Source of the DNA: Paragordius varius
Lineage: Eukaryota > Animalia > Nematomorpha
Assembly: GCA_964247055.1 (NCBI GenBank)
Contig: OZ176050.1
Coordinates: forward strand, 558,001 to 622,000
Direction: 5' to 3'
DNA length: 64,000 nt
Shown: in pieces, positions 13,693-27,800 of the stretch
Numbering within the stretch: position 1 is the stretch's first letter
Layout: every line of letters begins with the position of its first letter
Notes under the pieces: generated by a model
The model's database searches: none
What the model was told of the DNA's origin: nothing
What the model saw: the letters and a program-made list of their open reading frames with translations, nothing else
Program-made: the position numbers and the translations under genes

Positions 13693-16600
13693 GGCTACCT
13701 AAAATCCAAATTTGATCAGGTGATGTCACCATAATTTTTTTTGGGTAGCCCTATGGTAGTTCCATCATCACCCCAAATATTTTGGGGATCGGACTATAAA
13801 TGTAATTTTTATGAATTTTTTAAATATTTAAAAAATTTATTTTATACGATTTTAAAAATAAAAATGGCTACCTAAAATCCAAATTTGATCAGGTGATGTC
13901 ACTATAATTTTTTTTGGGTAGCCCTATGGTAGTTCCATCATCACCCCAAATATTTTCGTGATCGGAGTATAAATGTAATTTTTATGAATTTTTTAAATAT
14001 TTAAAAAATTTATTTTATACGATTTTAAAAATAAAAATGGCTACCTAAAATCCAAATTTGATCAGGTGATGTCACTATAATTTTTATGGGTAGCCCTATG
14101 GTAGTTCCATCATCACCCCAAATATTTTGGGGATCGGACTATAAATGTAATTTTTATGAATTTTTTAAATATTTAAAAAATTTATTTTATACGATTTTAA
14201 CTAAAATCCAAATTTGATCAGGTGATGTCGCCATAATTTTTTTTGGGCAGCCCTATCACCCCAAATATTTTCGAGATCGGAGTATAAATGTAATTTTTAT
14301 GAATTTTTTAAATATTTAAAAAATTTATTTTATACGATTTTAAAAATAAAAATGGCTACCTAAAATCCAAATTTGATCAGGTGATGTCGCCATAATTTTT
14401 TTTGGGTAGCTCTATAGTAGTTCCATCATCACCCCAAATATTTTGGGGATCGGAGTATAAATGTAATTTTTATGAATTTTTTAAATATTTAAAAAATTTA
14501 TTTTATACGATTTTAAAAATAAAAATGGCTACCTAAAATCCAAATTTGATCAGGTGATGTCGCCATAATTTTTTTTGGGTAGCCCTATTCCATCATCACC
14601 CCAAATATTGTCGAGATCGGAGTATAAATGTAATTTTTATGAATTTTTTAAATATTTAAAAAATTTATTTTATACGATTTTAAAAATAAAAATGGCTACC
14701 TAAAATCCAAATTTGATCAGGTGATGTCACCATAATTTTTTTTGGGTAGCCCTATGGTAGTTCCATCATCACCCCAAATATTTTGGGGATCGGACTATAA
14801 ATGTAATTTTTATGAATTTTTTAAATATTTAAAAAATTTATTTTATACGATTTTAAAAATAAAAATGGCTACCTAAAATCCAAATTTGATCAGGTGATGT
14901 CGCCATAATTTTTTTTGGGTAGCCCTATGGTAGTTCCATCATCACCCCAAATATTTTCGAGATCGGAGTATAAATGTAATTTTTATGAATTTTTTAAATA
15001 TTTAAAAAATTTTGTTTATACGATTTTAAAAATAAAAATGGCTACCTAAAATCCAAATTTGATCAGGTGATGTCACTATAATTTTTATGGGTAGCCCTAT
15101 GGTAGTTCCATCATCACCCCAAATATTTTCGAGATCGGAGTATAAATGTAATTTTTATGAATTTTTTAAATATTTAAAAAATTTATTTTATACGATTTTA
15201 AAAATAAAAATGGCTACCTAAAATCCAAATTTGATCAGGTGATGTCACCATAATTTTTTTTGCGTAGCCCTATGGTAGTTCCATCATCACCGCAAATATT
15301 TTCGAGATCGGAGTATAAATGTAATTTTTATGAATTTTTTAAATATTTAAAAAATTTATTTTATACGATATTAAAAATAAAAATGGCTACCTAAAATCCA
15401 AATTTGATCAGGTGATGTCACTATAATTTTTTTTGGGTAGCCCTATGGTAGTTCCATCATCACCCCAAATATTTTCGTGATCGGAGTATAAATGTAATTT
15501 TTATGAATTTTTTAAATATTTAAAAAATTTATTTTATACGATTTTAAAAATAAAAATGGCTACCTAAAATCCAAATTTGATCAGGTGATGTCACTATAAT
15601 TTTTATGGGTAGCCCTATGGTCATCATCACCCCAAATATTTTGGGGATCGGACTATAAATGTAATTTTTATGAATTTTTTAAATATTTAAAAAATTTATT
15701 TTATACGATTTTAAAAATAAAAATGGCTACCTAAAATCCAAATTTGATCAGGTGATGTCGCCATAATTTTTTTTGGGCAGCCCTATCACCCCAAATATTT
15801 TCGAGATCGGAGTATAAATGTAATTTTTATGAATTTTTTAAATATTTAAAAAATTTATTTTATACGATTTTAAAAATAAAAATGGCTACCTAAAATCCAA
15901 ATTTGATCAGGTGATGTCGCCATAATTTTTTTTGGGTAGCTCTATAGTAGTTCCATCATCACCCCAAATATTTTGGGGATCGGAGTATAAATGTAATTTT
16001 TATGAATTTTTTAAATATTTAAAAAATTTATTTTATACGATTTTAAAAATAAAAATGGCTACCTAAAATCCAAATTTGATCAGGTGATGTCGCCATAATT
16101 TTTTTTGGGTAGCCCTATTCCATCATCACCCCAAATATTGTCGAGATCGGAGTATAAATGTAATTTTTATGAATTTTTTAAATATTTAAAAAATTTATTT
16201 TATACGATTTTAAAAATAAAAATGGCTACCTAAAATCCAAATTTGATCAGGTGATGTCACCATAATTTTTTTTGCGTAGCCCTATGGTAGTTCCATCATC
16301 ACCCCAAATATTTTCGAGATCGGAGTATAAATGTAATTTTTATGAATTTTTTAAATATTTAAAAAAATTATTTTATACGATTTTAAAAATAAAAATGGCT
16401 ACCTAAAATCCAAATTTGATCAGGTGATGTCACCATAATTTTTTTTGCGTAGCCCTATGGTATTTCCATCATCACCCCAAATATTTTGGGGATCGGACTA
16501 TAAATGTAATTTTTTTAAATATTTAAAAAATTTATTTTATACGATTTTAAAAATAAAAATGGCTACCTAAAATCCAAATTTGATCAGGTGATGTCACCAT

Positions 16601-19600
16601 AATTTTTTTTGGGTAGCCCTATGGTAGTTCCATCATCACCCCAAATATTGTCGAGATCGGAGTATAAATGTAATTTTTTTGAATTTTTTAAATATTTAAA
16701 AAATTTATTTTATACGATTTTAAAAATAAAAATGGCTACCTAAAATCCAAATTTGATCAGGTGATGTCACCATAATTTTTTTTGCGTAGCCCTATGGTAG
16801 TTCCATCATCACCCCAAATATTTTGGGGATCGGACTATAAATGTAATTTTTATGAATTTTTTAAATATTTAAAAAATTTATTTTATACGATTTTAAAAAT
16901 AAAAATGGCTACCTAAAATCCAAATTTGATCAGGTGATGTCGCCATAATTTTTTTTGGGTAGCCCTATGGTAGTTCCATCATCACCCCAAATATTTTGGG
17001 GATCGGACTATAAATGTAATTTTTATGAATTTTTTAAATATTTAAAAAATTTATTTTATACGATTTTAAAAATAAAAATGGCTACCTAAAATCCAAATTT
17101 GATCAGGTGATGTCACCATAATTTTTTTTGGGTAGCCCTATGGTAGTTTCATCATCACCCCAAATATTTTGGGGATCGGACTATAAATGTAATTTTTATG
17201 AATTTTTTAAATATTTAAAAAATTTATTTTATACGATTTTAAAAATAAAAATGGCTACCTAAAATCCAAATTTGATCAGGTGATGTCACCATAATTTTTT
17301 TTGGGTAGCCCTATGGTAGTTCCATCATCACCCCAAATATTTTCGAGATCGGAGTATAAATGTAATTTTTATGAATTTTTTAAATATTTAAAAAATTTAT
17401 TTTATACTTTAAAAATAAAAATGGCTACCTAAAATCCAAATTTGATCAGGTGATGTCACCATAATTTTTTTTAAGTAGCCCTATGGTAGTTCCATCATCA
17501 CCCCAAATATTGTCGAGATCGGAGTATAAATGTAATTTTTTTGAATTATTTAAATATTTAAAAAATTTATTTTATACGATTTTAAAAATAAAAATGGCTA
17601 CCTAAAATCCAAATTTGATCAGGTGATGTCACCATAATTTTTTTTGGGTAGCCCTATGGTAGTTCCATCATCACCCCAAATATTTTCGAGATCGGAGTAT
17701 AAATGTAATTTTTATGAATTTTTTAAATATTTAAAAAATTTATTTTATACGATATTAAAAATAAAAATGGCTACCTAAAATCCAAATTTGATCAGGTAAT
17801 GTCGCCATAATTTTTTTTGGGTAGCCCTATAGTAGTTCCATCATCACCCCAAATATTTTCGAGATCGGAGTATAAATGTAATTTTTATGAATTTTTTAAA
17901 TATTTAAAAAATTTATTTTATACGATTTTAAAAAAAAAATGGCTACCTAAAATCCAAATTTGATCAGGTGATGTCACTATAATTTTTTTTTCGGTAGCCC
18001 TATGGTAGTTCCATCATCACCCCAAATATTTTCGAGATCGAAGTATAAATGTAATTTTTATGAATTTTTTAAATATTTAAAAAATTTATTTTATACGATT
18101 TTAAAAATAAAAATGGCTACCTAAAATCCAAATTTGATCAGGTGATGTCGCTATAATTTATTATGGGTAGCCCTATGGTAGTTCCATCATCACCCCAAAT
18201 ATTTTGGGGATCGGACTATAAATGTAATTTTTATGAATTTTTTAAATATTTAAAAAATTTATTTTATACGATTTTAAAAATAAAAATGGCTACCTAAAAT
18301 CCAAATTTGATCAGGTGATGTCACCATAATTTTTTTTGGGTAGCCCTATGGTAGTTCCATCATCACCCCAAATATTGTCGAGATCGGAATATAAATGTAA
18401 TTTCTATGAATTTTTTAAATATTTAAAAAATTTATTTTATACGATTTTAAAAATAAAAATGGCTATCTAAAATCCCAATTTGATCAGGTGATGTCGCCAT
18501 AATTTTTTTTGGGTAGCCCTATGGTAGTTCCATCATCACATCAAATATTTTCGAGATCGGAGTATAAATGTAATTTTTATAAATTTATACGATTTTAAAA
18601 ATAAAAATGGCTACCTAAAATCCAAATTTGATCAGGTGATGTCACTATAATTTTTTTGGGTAGCCCTATGGTAGTTCCATCATCACCCCAAATATTTTGG
18701 GGATCGGACTATAAATGTAATTTTTATGAATTTTTTAAATATTTAAAAAATTTATTTTATACGATATTAAAAATAAAAATGGCTACCTAAAATCCAAATT
18801 TGATCAGGTAATGTCGCCATAATTTTTTTTGGGTAGCCCTATAGTAGTTCCATCATCACCCCAAATATTTTCGAGATCGGAGTATAAATGTAATTTTTAT
18901 GAATTTTTTAAATATTTAAAAAATTTATTTTATACGATTTTAAAAAAAAAATGGCTACCTAAAATCCAAATTTGATCAGGTGATGTCACTATAATTTTTT
19001 TTGGGTAGCCCTATGGTAGTTCCATCATCACCCCAAATATTTTCGAGATCGAAGTATAAATGTAATTTTTATGAATTTTTTAAATATTTAAAAAATTTAT
19101 TTTATACGATTTTAAAAATAAAAATGGCTACCTAAAATCCAAATTTGATCAGGTGATGTCGCCATAATTTTTTTTGGGTAGCTCTATAGTAGTTCCATCA
19201 TCACCCCAAATATTTTGGGGATCGGAGTATAAATGTAATTTTTATGAATTTTTTAAATATTTAAAAAATTTATTTTATACGATTTTAAAAATAAAAATGG
19301 CTACCTAAAATCCAAATTTGATCAGGTGATGTCGCCATAATTTTTTTTGGGTAGCCCTATTCCATCATCACCCCAAATATTGTCGAGATCGGAGTATAAA
19401 TGTAATTTTTATGAATTTTTTAAATATTTAAAAAATTTATTTTATACGATTTTAAAAATAAAAATGGCTACCTAAAATCCAAATTTGATCAGGTGATGTC
19501 ACTATAATTTTTATGGGTAGCCCTATGGTAGTTCCATCATCACCCCAAATATTTTGGGGATCGGACTATAAATGTAATTTTTATGAATTTTTTAAATATT

Positions 19601-20150
19601 TAAAAAATTTATTTTATACGATTTTAAAAATAAAAATGGCTACCTAAAATCCAAATTTGATCAGGTGATGTCACCATAATTTTTTTTGCGTAGCCCTATG
19701 GTAGTTCCATCATCACCGCAAATATTTTCGAGATCGGAGTATAAATGTAATTTTTATGAATTTTTTAAATATTTAAAAAATTTATTTTATACGATATTAA
19801 AAATAAAAATGGCTACCTAAAATCCAAATTTGATCAGGTGATGTCACTATAATTTTTTTTGGGTAGCCCTATGGTAGTTCCATCATCACCCCAAATATTT
19901 TCGTGATCGGAGTATAAATGTAATTTTTATGAATTTTTTAAATATTTAAAAAATTTATTTTATACGATTTTAAAAATAAAAATGGCTACCTAAAATCCAA
20001 ATTTGATCAGGTGATGTCACTATAATTTTTATGGGTAGCCCTATGGTCATCATCACCCCAAATATTTTGGGGATCGGACTATAAATGTAATTTTTATGAA
20101 TTTTTTAAATATTTAAAAAATTTATTTTATACGATTTTAAAAATAAAAAT

Positions 20151-21831
20151 GGCTACCTAAAATCCAAATTTGATCAGGTGATGTCGCCATAATTTTTTTT
20201 GGGCAGCCCTATCACCCCAAATATTTTCGAGATCGGAGTATAAATGTAATTTTTATGAATTTTTTAAATATTTAAAAAATTTATTTTATACGATTTTAAA
20301 AATAAAAATGGCTACCTAAAATCCAAATTTGATCAGGTGATGTCGCCATAATTTTTTTTGGGTAGCTCTATAGTAGTTCCATCATCACCCCAAATATTTT
20401 GGGGATCGGAGTATAAATGTAATTTTTATGAATTTTTTAAATATTTAAAAAATTTATTTTATACGATTTTAAAAATAAAAATGGCTACCTAAAATCCAAA
20501 TTTGATCAGGTGATGTCGCCATAATTTTTTTTGGGTAGCCCTATTCCATCATCACCCCAAATATTGTCGAGATCGGAGTATAAATGTAATTTTTATGAAT
20601 TTTTTAAATATTTAAAAAATTTATTTTATACGATTTTAAAAATAAAAATGGCTACCTAAAATCCAAATTTGATCAGGTGATGTCACCATAATTTTTTTTG
20701 CGTAGCCCTATGGTAGTTCCATCATCACCCCAAATATTTTCGAGATCGGAGTATAAATGTAATTTTTATGAATTTTTTAAATATTTAAAAAAATTATTTT
20801 ATACGATTTTAAAAATAAAAATGGCTACCTAAAATCCAAATTTGATCAGGTGATGTCACCATAATTTTTTTTGCGTAGCCCTATGGTATTTCCATCATCA
20901 CCCCAAATATTTTGGGGATCGGACTATAAATGTAATTTTTATGAATTTTTTAAATATTTAAAAAATTTATTTTATACGATTTTAAAAATAAAAATGGCTA
21001 CCTAAAATCCAAATTTGATCAGGTGATGTCGCCATAATTTTTTTTGGGCAGCCCTATCACCCCAAATATTTTCGAGATCGGAGTATAAATGTAATTTTTA
21101 TGAATTTTTTAAATATTTAAAAAATTTATTTTATACGATTTTAAAAATAAAAATGGCTACCTAAAATCCAAATTTGATCAGGTGATGTCGCCATAATTTT
21201 TTTTGGGTAGCTCTATAGTAGTTCCATCATCACCCCAAATATTTTGGGGATCGGAGTATAAATGTAATTTTTATGAATTTTTTAAATATTTAAAAAATTT
21301 ATTTTATACGATTTTAAAAATAAAAATGGCTACCTAAAATCCAAATTTGATCAGGTGATGTCGCCATAATTTTTTTTGGGTAGCCCTATTCCATCATCAC
21401 CCCAAATATTGTCGAGATCGGAGTATAAATGTAATTTTTATGAATTTTTTAAATATTTAAAAAATTTATTTTATACGATTTTAAAAATAAAAATGGCTAC
21501 CTAAAATCCAAATTTGATCAGGTGATGTCACCATAATTTTTTTTGCGTAGCCCTATGGTAGTTCCATCATCACCCCAAATATTTTCGAGATCGGAGTATA
21601 AATGTAATTTTTATGAATTTTTTAAATATTTAAAAAAATTATTTTATACGATTTTAAAAATAAAAATGGCTACCTAAAATCCAAATTTGATCAGGTGATG
21701 TCACCATAATTTTTTTTGCGTAGCCCTATGGTATTTCCATCATCACCCCAAATATTTTGGGGATCGGACTATAAATGTAATTTTTTTAAATATTTAAAAA
21801 ATTTATTTTATACGATTTTAAAAATAAAAAT
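20151..21831. repeat. Tandem 5-monomer higher-order repeat, 2 copies, 845-bp period
   Basis: GGGCAG/14-bp-deletion monomers start at 20151 and 20996. 5x173-14-6=845. The second copy is 836 bp because its last monomer carries the 9-bp deletion. Confidence 0.9.
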
Positions 21832-24800
21832 GGCTACCTAAAATCCAAATTTGATCAGGTGATGTCACCATAATTTTTTTTGGGTAGCCCTATGGTAGTT
21901 CCATCATCACCCCAAATATTGTCGAGATTGGAGTATAAATGTAATTTTTTTGAATTTTTTAAATATTTAAAAAATTTATTTTATACGATTTTAAAAATAA
22001 AAATGGCTACCTAAAATCCAAATTTGATCAGGTGATGTCACTATAATTTTTTTGGGTAGCCCTATGGTAGTTCCATCATCACCCCAAATATTTTGGGGAT
22101 CGGACTATAAATGTAATTTTTATGAATTTTTTAAATATTTAAAAAATTTATTTTATACGATTTTAAAAATAAAAATGGCTACCTAAAATCCAAATTTGAT
22201 CAGGTGATGTCGAGTTAATTTTTTTTGGGTAGCCCTATGGTAGTTCCATCATCACCCCAAATATTTTCGAGATCGGAGTATAAATGTAATTTTTATGAAT
22301 TTTTTAAATATTTAAAAAATTTATTTTATACGATTTTAAAAATAAAAATGGCTACCTAAAATCCAAATATGATCAGGTGATGTCACTATAATTTTTTTTG
22401 GGTAGCCCTATGGTAGTTCCATCATCACCCCAAATATTTTCGAGATCGGAGTATAAATGTAATTTTTATGAATTTTTTAAATATTTAAAAAATTTATTTT
22501 ATACGATTTTAAAAATAAAAATGGCTACCTAAAATCCAAATTTGATCAGGTGATGTCACTATAATTTTTATGGGTAGCCCTATGGTAGTTCCATCATCAC
22601 CCCAAATATTTTCGAGATCGGAGTATAAATGTAATTTTTATGAATTTTTTAAATATTTAAAAAATTTATTTTATACGATTTTAAAAATAAAAATGGCTAC
22701 CTAAAATCCAAATTTGATCAGGTGATGTCACTATAATTTTTTTTGGGTAGCCCTATGGTAGTTCCATCATCACCCCAAATATTTTGGGGATCGGAGTATA
22801 AATGTAATTTTTATGAATTTTTTAAATTTTTAAAAATTTATTTTATACGATTTTAAAAATAAAAATGGCTACCTAAAATCCAAATTTGATCAGGTGATGT
22901 CACCATAATTTTTTTTGCGTAGCCCTATGGTAGTTCCATCATCACCCCAAATATTTTCGAGATCGGAATATAAATGTAATTTTTATGAATTTTTTAAATA
23001 TTTAAAAAATTTATTTTATACGATTTTAAAAATAAAAATGGCTACCTAAAATCCAAATTTGATCAGGTGATGTCACCATAATTTTTTTTGCGTAGCCCTA
23101 TGGTAGTTCCATCATCACCCCAAATATTTTCGAGATCGGAGTATAAATGTAATTTTTATGAATTTTTTAAATATTTAAAAAATTTATTTTATACGATTTT
23201 AAAAATAAAAATGGCTACCTAAAATCCAAATTTGATCAGGTGATGTCACTATAATTTTTTTGGGTAGCCCTATGGTAGTTCCATCATCACCCCAAATATT
23301 TTCAAGATCGGAGTATAAATGTAATTTTTATCAATTTTTTAAATATTTAAAAAATTTATTTTATACGATTTTAAAAATAAAAATGGCTACCTAAAATCCA
23401 AATTTGATCAGGTGATGTCACTATAATTTTTTTGGGTAGCCCTATGGTAGTTCCATCATCACCCCAAATATTGTCGAGATCGGAGTGTAAATGTAATTTT
23501 TATGAATTTTTTAAATATTTAAAAAATTTATTTTATACGATTTTAAAAATAAAAATGGCTACCTAAAATCCAAATTTGATCAGGTGATGTCACCATAATT
23601 TTTTTTGCGTAGCCCTATGGTAGTTCCATCATCACCCCAAATATTTTGGGGATCGGACTATAAATGTAATTTTTATGAATTTTTTAAATATTTAAAAAAT
23701 TTATTTTATACGATTTTAAAAATAAAAATGGCTACCTAAAATCCAAATTTGATCAGGTGATGTCACCATAATTTTTTTTGGGTAGCCCTATGGTAGTTCC
23801 ATCATCACCCCAAATATTGTCGAGATCGGAGTATAAATGTAATTTTTTTGAATTATTTAAATATTTAAAAAATTTATTTTATACGATTTTAAAAATAAAA
23901 ATGGCTACCTAAAATCCAAATTTGATCAGGTGATGTCACCATAATTTTTTTTGGGTAGCCCTATGGTAGTTCCATCATCACCCCAAATATTTTCGAGATC
24001 GGAGTATAAATGTAATTTTTATGAATTTTTTAAATATTTAAAAAATTTATTTTATACGATATTAAAAATAAAAATGGCTCCCTAAAATCCAAATTTGATC
24101 AGGTAATGTCGCCATAATTTTTTTTGGGTAGCCCTATAGTAGTTCCATCATCACCCCAAATATTTTCGAGATCGGAGTATAAATGTAATTTTTATGAATT
24201 TTTTAAATATTTAAAAAATTTATTTTATACGATTTTAAAAAAAAAATGGCTACCTAAAATCCAAATTTGATCAGGTGATGTCACTATAATTTTTTTTGGG
24301 TAGCCCTATGGTAGTTCCATCATCACCCCAAATATTTTCGAGATCGAAGTATAAATGTAATTTTTATGAATTTTTTAAATATTTAAAAAATTTATTTTAT
24401 ACGATTTTAAAAATAAAAATGGCTACCTAAAATCCAAATTTGATCAGGTGATGTCGAGTTAATTTTTTTTGGGTAGCCCTATGGTAGTTCCATCATCACC
24501 CCAAATATTTTGGGGATCGGACTATAAATGTAATTTTTATGAATTTTTTAAATATTTAAAAAATTTATTTTATACGATTTTAAAAATAAAAATGGCTACC
24601 TAAAATCCAAATTTGATCAGGTGATGTCACCATAATTTTTTTTGGGTAGCCCTATGGTAGTTCCATCATCACCCCAAATATTTTCGAGATCGGAGTATAA
24701 ATGTAATTTTTATGAATTTTTTAAATATTTAAAAAATTTATTTTATTCGATTTTAAAAATAAAAATGGCTACCTAAAATCCAAATTTGATCAGGTGATGT

Positions 24801-27800
24801 CACTATAATTTTTTTGGGTAGCCCTATGGTAGTTCCATCATCACCCCAAATATTTTGGGGATCGGACTATAAATGTAATTTTTATGAATTTTTTAAATAT
24901 TTAAAAAATTTATTTTATACGATTTTAAAAATAAAAATGGCTACCTAAAATCCAAATTTGATCAGGTGATGTCGCCATAATTTTTTTTGGGTAGCCCTAT
25001 GGTAGTTCCATCATCACCCCAAATATTTTCGAGATCGGAGTATAAATGTAATTTTTATGAATTTTTTAAATATTTAAAAAATTTTGTTTATACGATTTTA
25101 AAAATAAAAATGGCTACCTAAAATCCAAATTTGATCAGGTGATGTCACTATAATTTTTATGGGTAGCCCTATGGTAGTTCCATCATCACCCCAAATATTT
25201 TCGAGATCGGAGTATAAATGTAATTTTTATGAATTTTTTAAATATTTAAAAAATTTATTTTATACGATTTTAAAAATAAAAATGGCTACCTAAAATCCAA
25301 ATTTGATCAGGTGATGTCACCATAATTTTTTTTGCGTAGCCCTATGGTAGTTCCATCGTCACCGCAAATATTTTCGAGATCGGAGTATAAATGTAATTTT
25401 TATGAATTTTTTAAATATTTAAAAAATTTATTTTATACGATATTAAAAATAAAAATGGCTACCTAAAATCCAAATTTGATCAGGTGATGTCACTATAATT
25501 TTTTTTGGGTAGCCCTATGGTAGTTCCATCATCACCCCAAATATTTTCGTGATCGGAGTATAAATGTAATTTTTATGAATTTTTTAAATATTTAAAAAAT
25601 TTATTTTATACGATTTTAAAAATAAAAATGGCTACCTAAAATCCAAATTTGATCAGGTGATGTCACTATAATTTTTATGGGTAGCCCTATGGTAGTTCCA
25701 TCATCACCCCAAATATTTTGGGGATCGGACTATAAATGTAATTTTTATGAATTTTTTAAATATTTAAAAAATTTATTTTATACGATTTTAAAAATAAAAA
25801 TGGCTACCTAAAATCCAAATTTGATCAGGTGATGTCGCCATAATTTTTTTTGGGCAGCCCTATCACCCCAAATATTTTCGAGATCGGAGTATAAATGTAA
25901 TTTTTATGAATTTTTTAAATATTTAAAAAATTTATTTTATACGATTTTAAAAATAAAAATGGCTACCTAAAATCCAAATTTGATCAGGTGATGTCGCCAT
26001 AATTTTTTTTGGGTAGCTCTATAGTAGTTCCATCATCACCCCAAATATTTTGGGGATCGGAGTATAAATGTAATTTTTATGAATTTTTTAAATATTTAAA
26101 AAATTTATTTTATACGATTTTAAAAATAAAAATGGCTACCTAAAATCCAAATTTGATCAGGTGATGTCGCCATAATTTTTTTTGGGTAGCCCTATTCCAT
26201 CATCACCCCAAATATTGTCGAGATCGGAGTATAAATGTAATTTTTATGAATTTTTTAAATATTTAAAAAATTTATTTTATACGATTTTAAAAATAAAAAT
26301 TGCTACCTAAAATCCAAATTTGATCAGGTGATGTCACCATAATTTTTTTTGGGTAGCCCTATGGTAGTTCCATCATCACCCCAAATATTTTGGGGATCGG
26401 ACTATAAATGTAATTTTTATGAATTTTTTAAATATTTAAAAAATTTATTTTATACGATTTTAAAAATAAAAATGGCTACCTAAAATCCAAATTTGATCAG
26501 GTGATGTCGCCATAATTTTTTTTGGGTAGCCCTATGGTAGTTCCATCATCACCCCAAATATTTTCGAGATCGGAGTATAAATGTAATTTTTATGAATTTT
26601 TTAAATATTTAAAAAATTTATTTTATACGATTTTAAAAATAAAAATGGCTACCTAAAATCCAAATTTGATCAGGTGATGTCACCATAATTTTTTTTGCGT
26701 AGCCCTATGGTAGTTCCATCATCACCGCAAATATTTTCGAGATCGGAGTATAAATGTAATTTTTATGAATTTTTTAAATATTTAAAAAATTTATTTTATA
26801 CGATATTAAAAATAAAAATGGCTACCTAAAATCCAAATTTGATCAGGTGATGTCACTATAATTTTTTTTGGGTAGCCCTATGGTAGTTCCATCATCACCC
26901 CAAATATTTTCGTGATCGGAGTATAAATGTAATTTTTATGAATTTTTTAAATATTTAAAAAATTTATTTTATACGATTTTAAAAATAAAAATGGCTACCT
27001 AAAATCCAAATTTGATCAGGTGATGTCACTATAATTTTTATGGGTAGCCCTATGGTCATCATCACCCCAAATATTTTGGGGATCGGACTATAAATGTAAT
27101 TTTTATGAATTTTTTAAATATTTAAAAAATTTATTTTATACGATTTTAAAAATAAAAATGGCTACCTAAAATCCAAATTTGATCAGGTGATGTCGCCATA
27201 ATTTTTTTTGGGCAGCCCTATCACCCCAAATATTTTCGAGATCGGAGTATAAATGTAATTTTTATGAATTTTTTAAATATTTAAAAAATTTATTTTATAC
27301 GATTTTAAAAATAAAAATGGCTACCTAAAATCCAAATTTGATCAGGTGATGTCGCCATAATTTTTTTTGGGTAGCTCTATAGTAGTTCCATCATCACCCC
27401 AAATATTTTGGGGATCGGAGTATAAATGTAATTTTTATGAATTTTTTAAATATTTAAAAAATTTATTTTATACGATTTTAAAAATAAAAATGGCTACCTA
27501 AAATCCAAATTTGATCAGGTGATGTCGCCATAATTTTTTTTGGGTAGCCCTATTCCATCATCACCCCAAATATTGTCGAGATCGGAGTATAAATGTAATT
27601 TTTATGAATTTTTTAAATATTTAAAAAATTTATTTTATGCGATTTTAAAAATAAAAATGGCTACCTAAAATCCAAATTTGATCAGGTGATGTCACCATAA
27701 TTTTTTTTGCGTAGCCCTATGATAGTTCCATCATCACCCCAAATATTTTCGAGATCGGAGTATAAATGTAATTTTTATGAATTTTTTAAATATTTAAAAA

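Larger units (their letters stand above)
9041..19125. repeat. ~10-kb block whose edited duplicate lies at 23213-30560
   Basis: Colinear rare markers with stepwise offsets: 14172 (9041/23213; GTCGAGTT 10281/24453), 13999 (ATTCG 10746/24745), 12790 (CGCA 12573/25363), 11591 (CGTG 13957/25548), 11435 (CGCA 15291/26726; TTAAG 17473/28908), 11434 (18461/29895). Confidence 0.8.
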
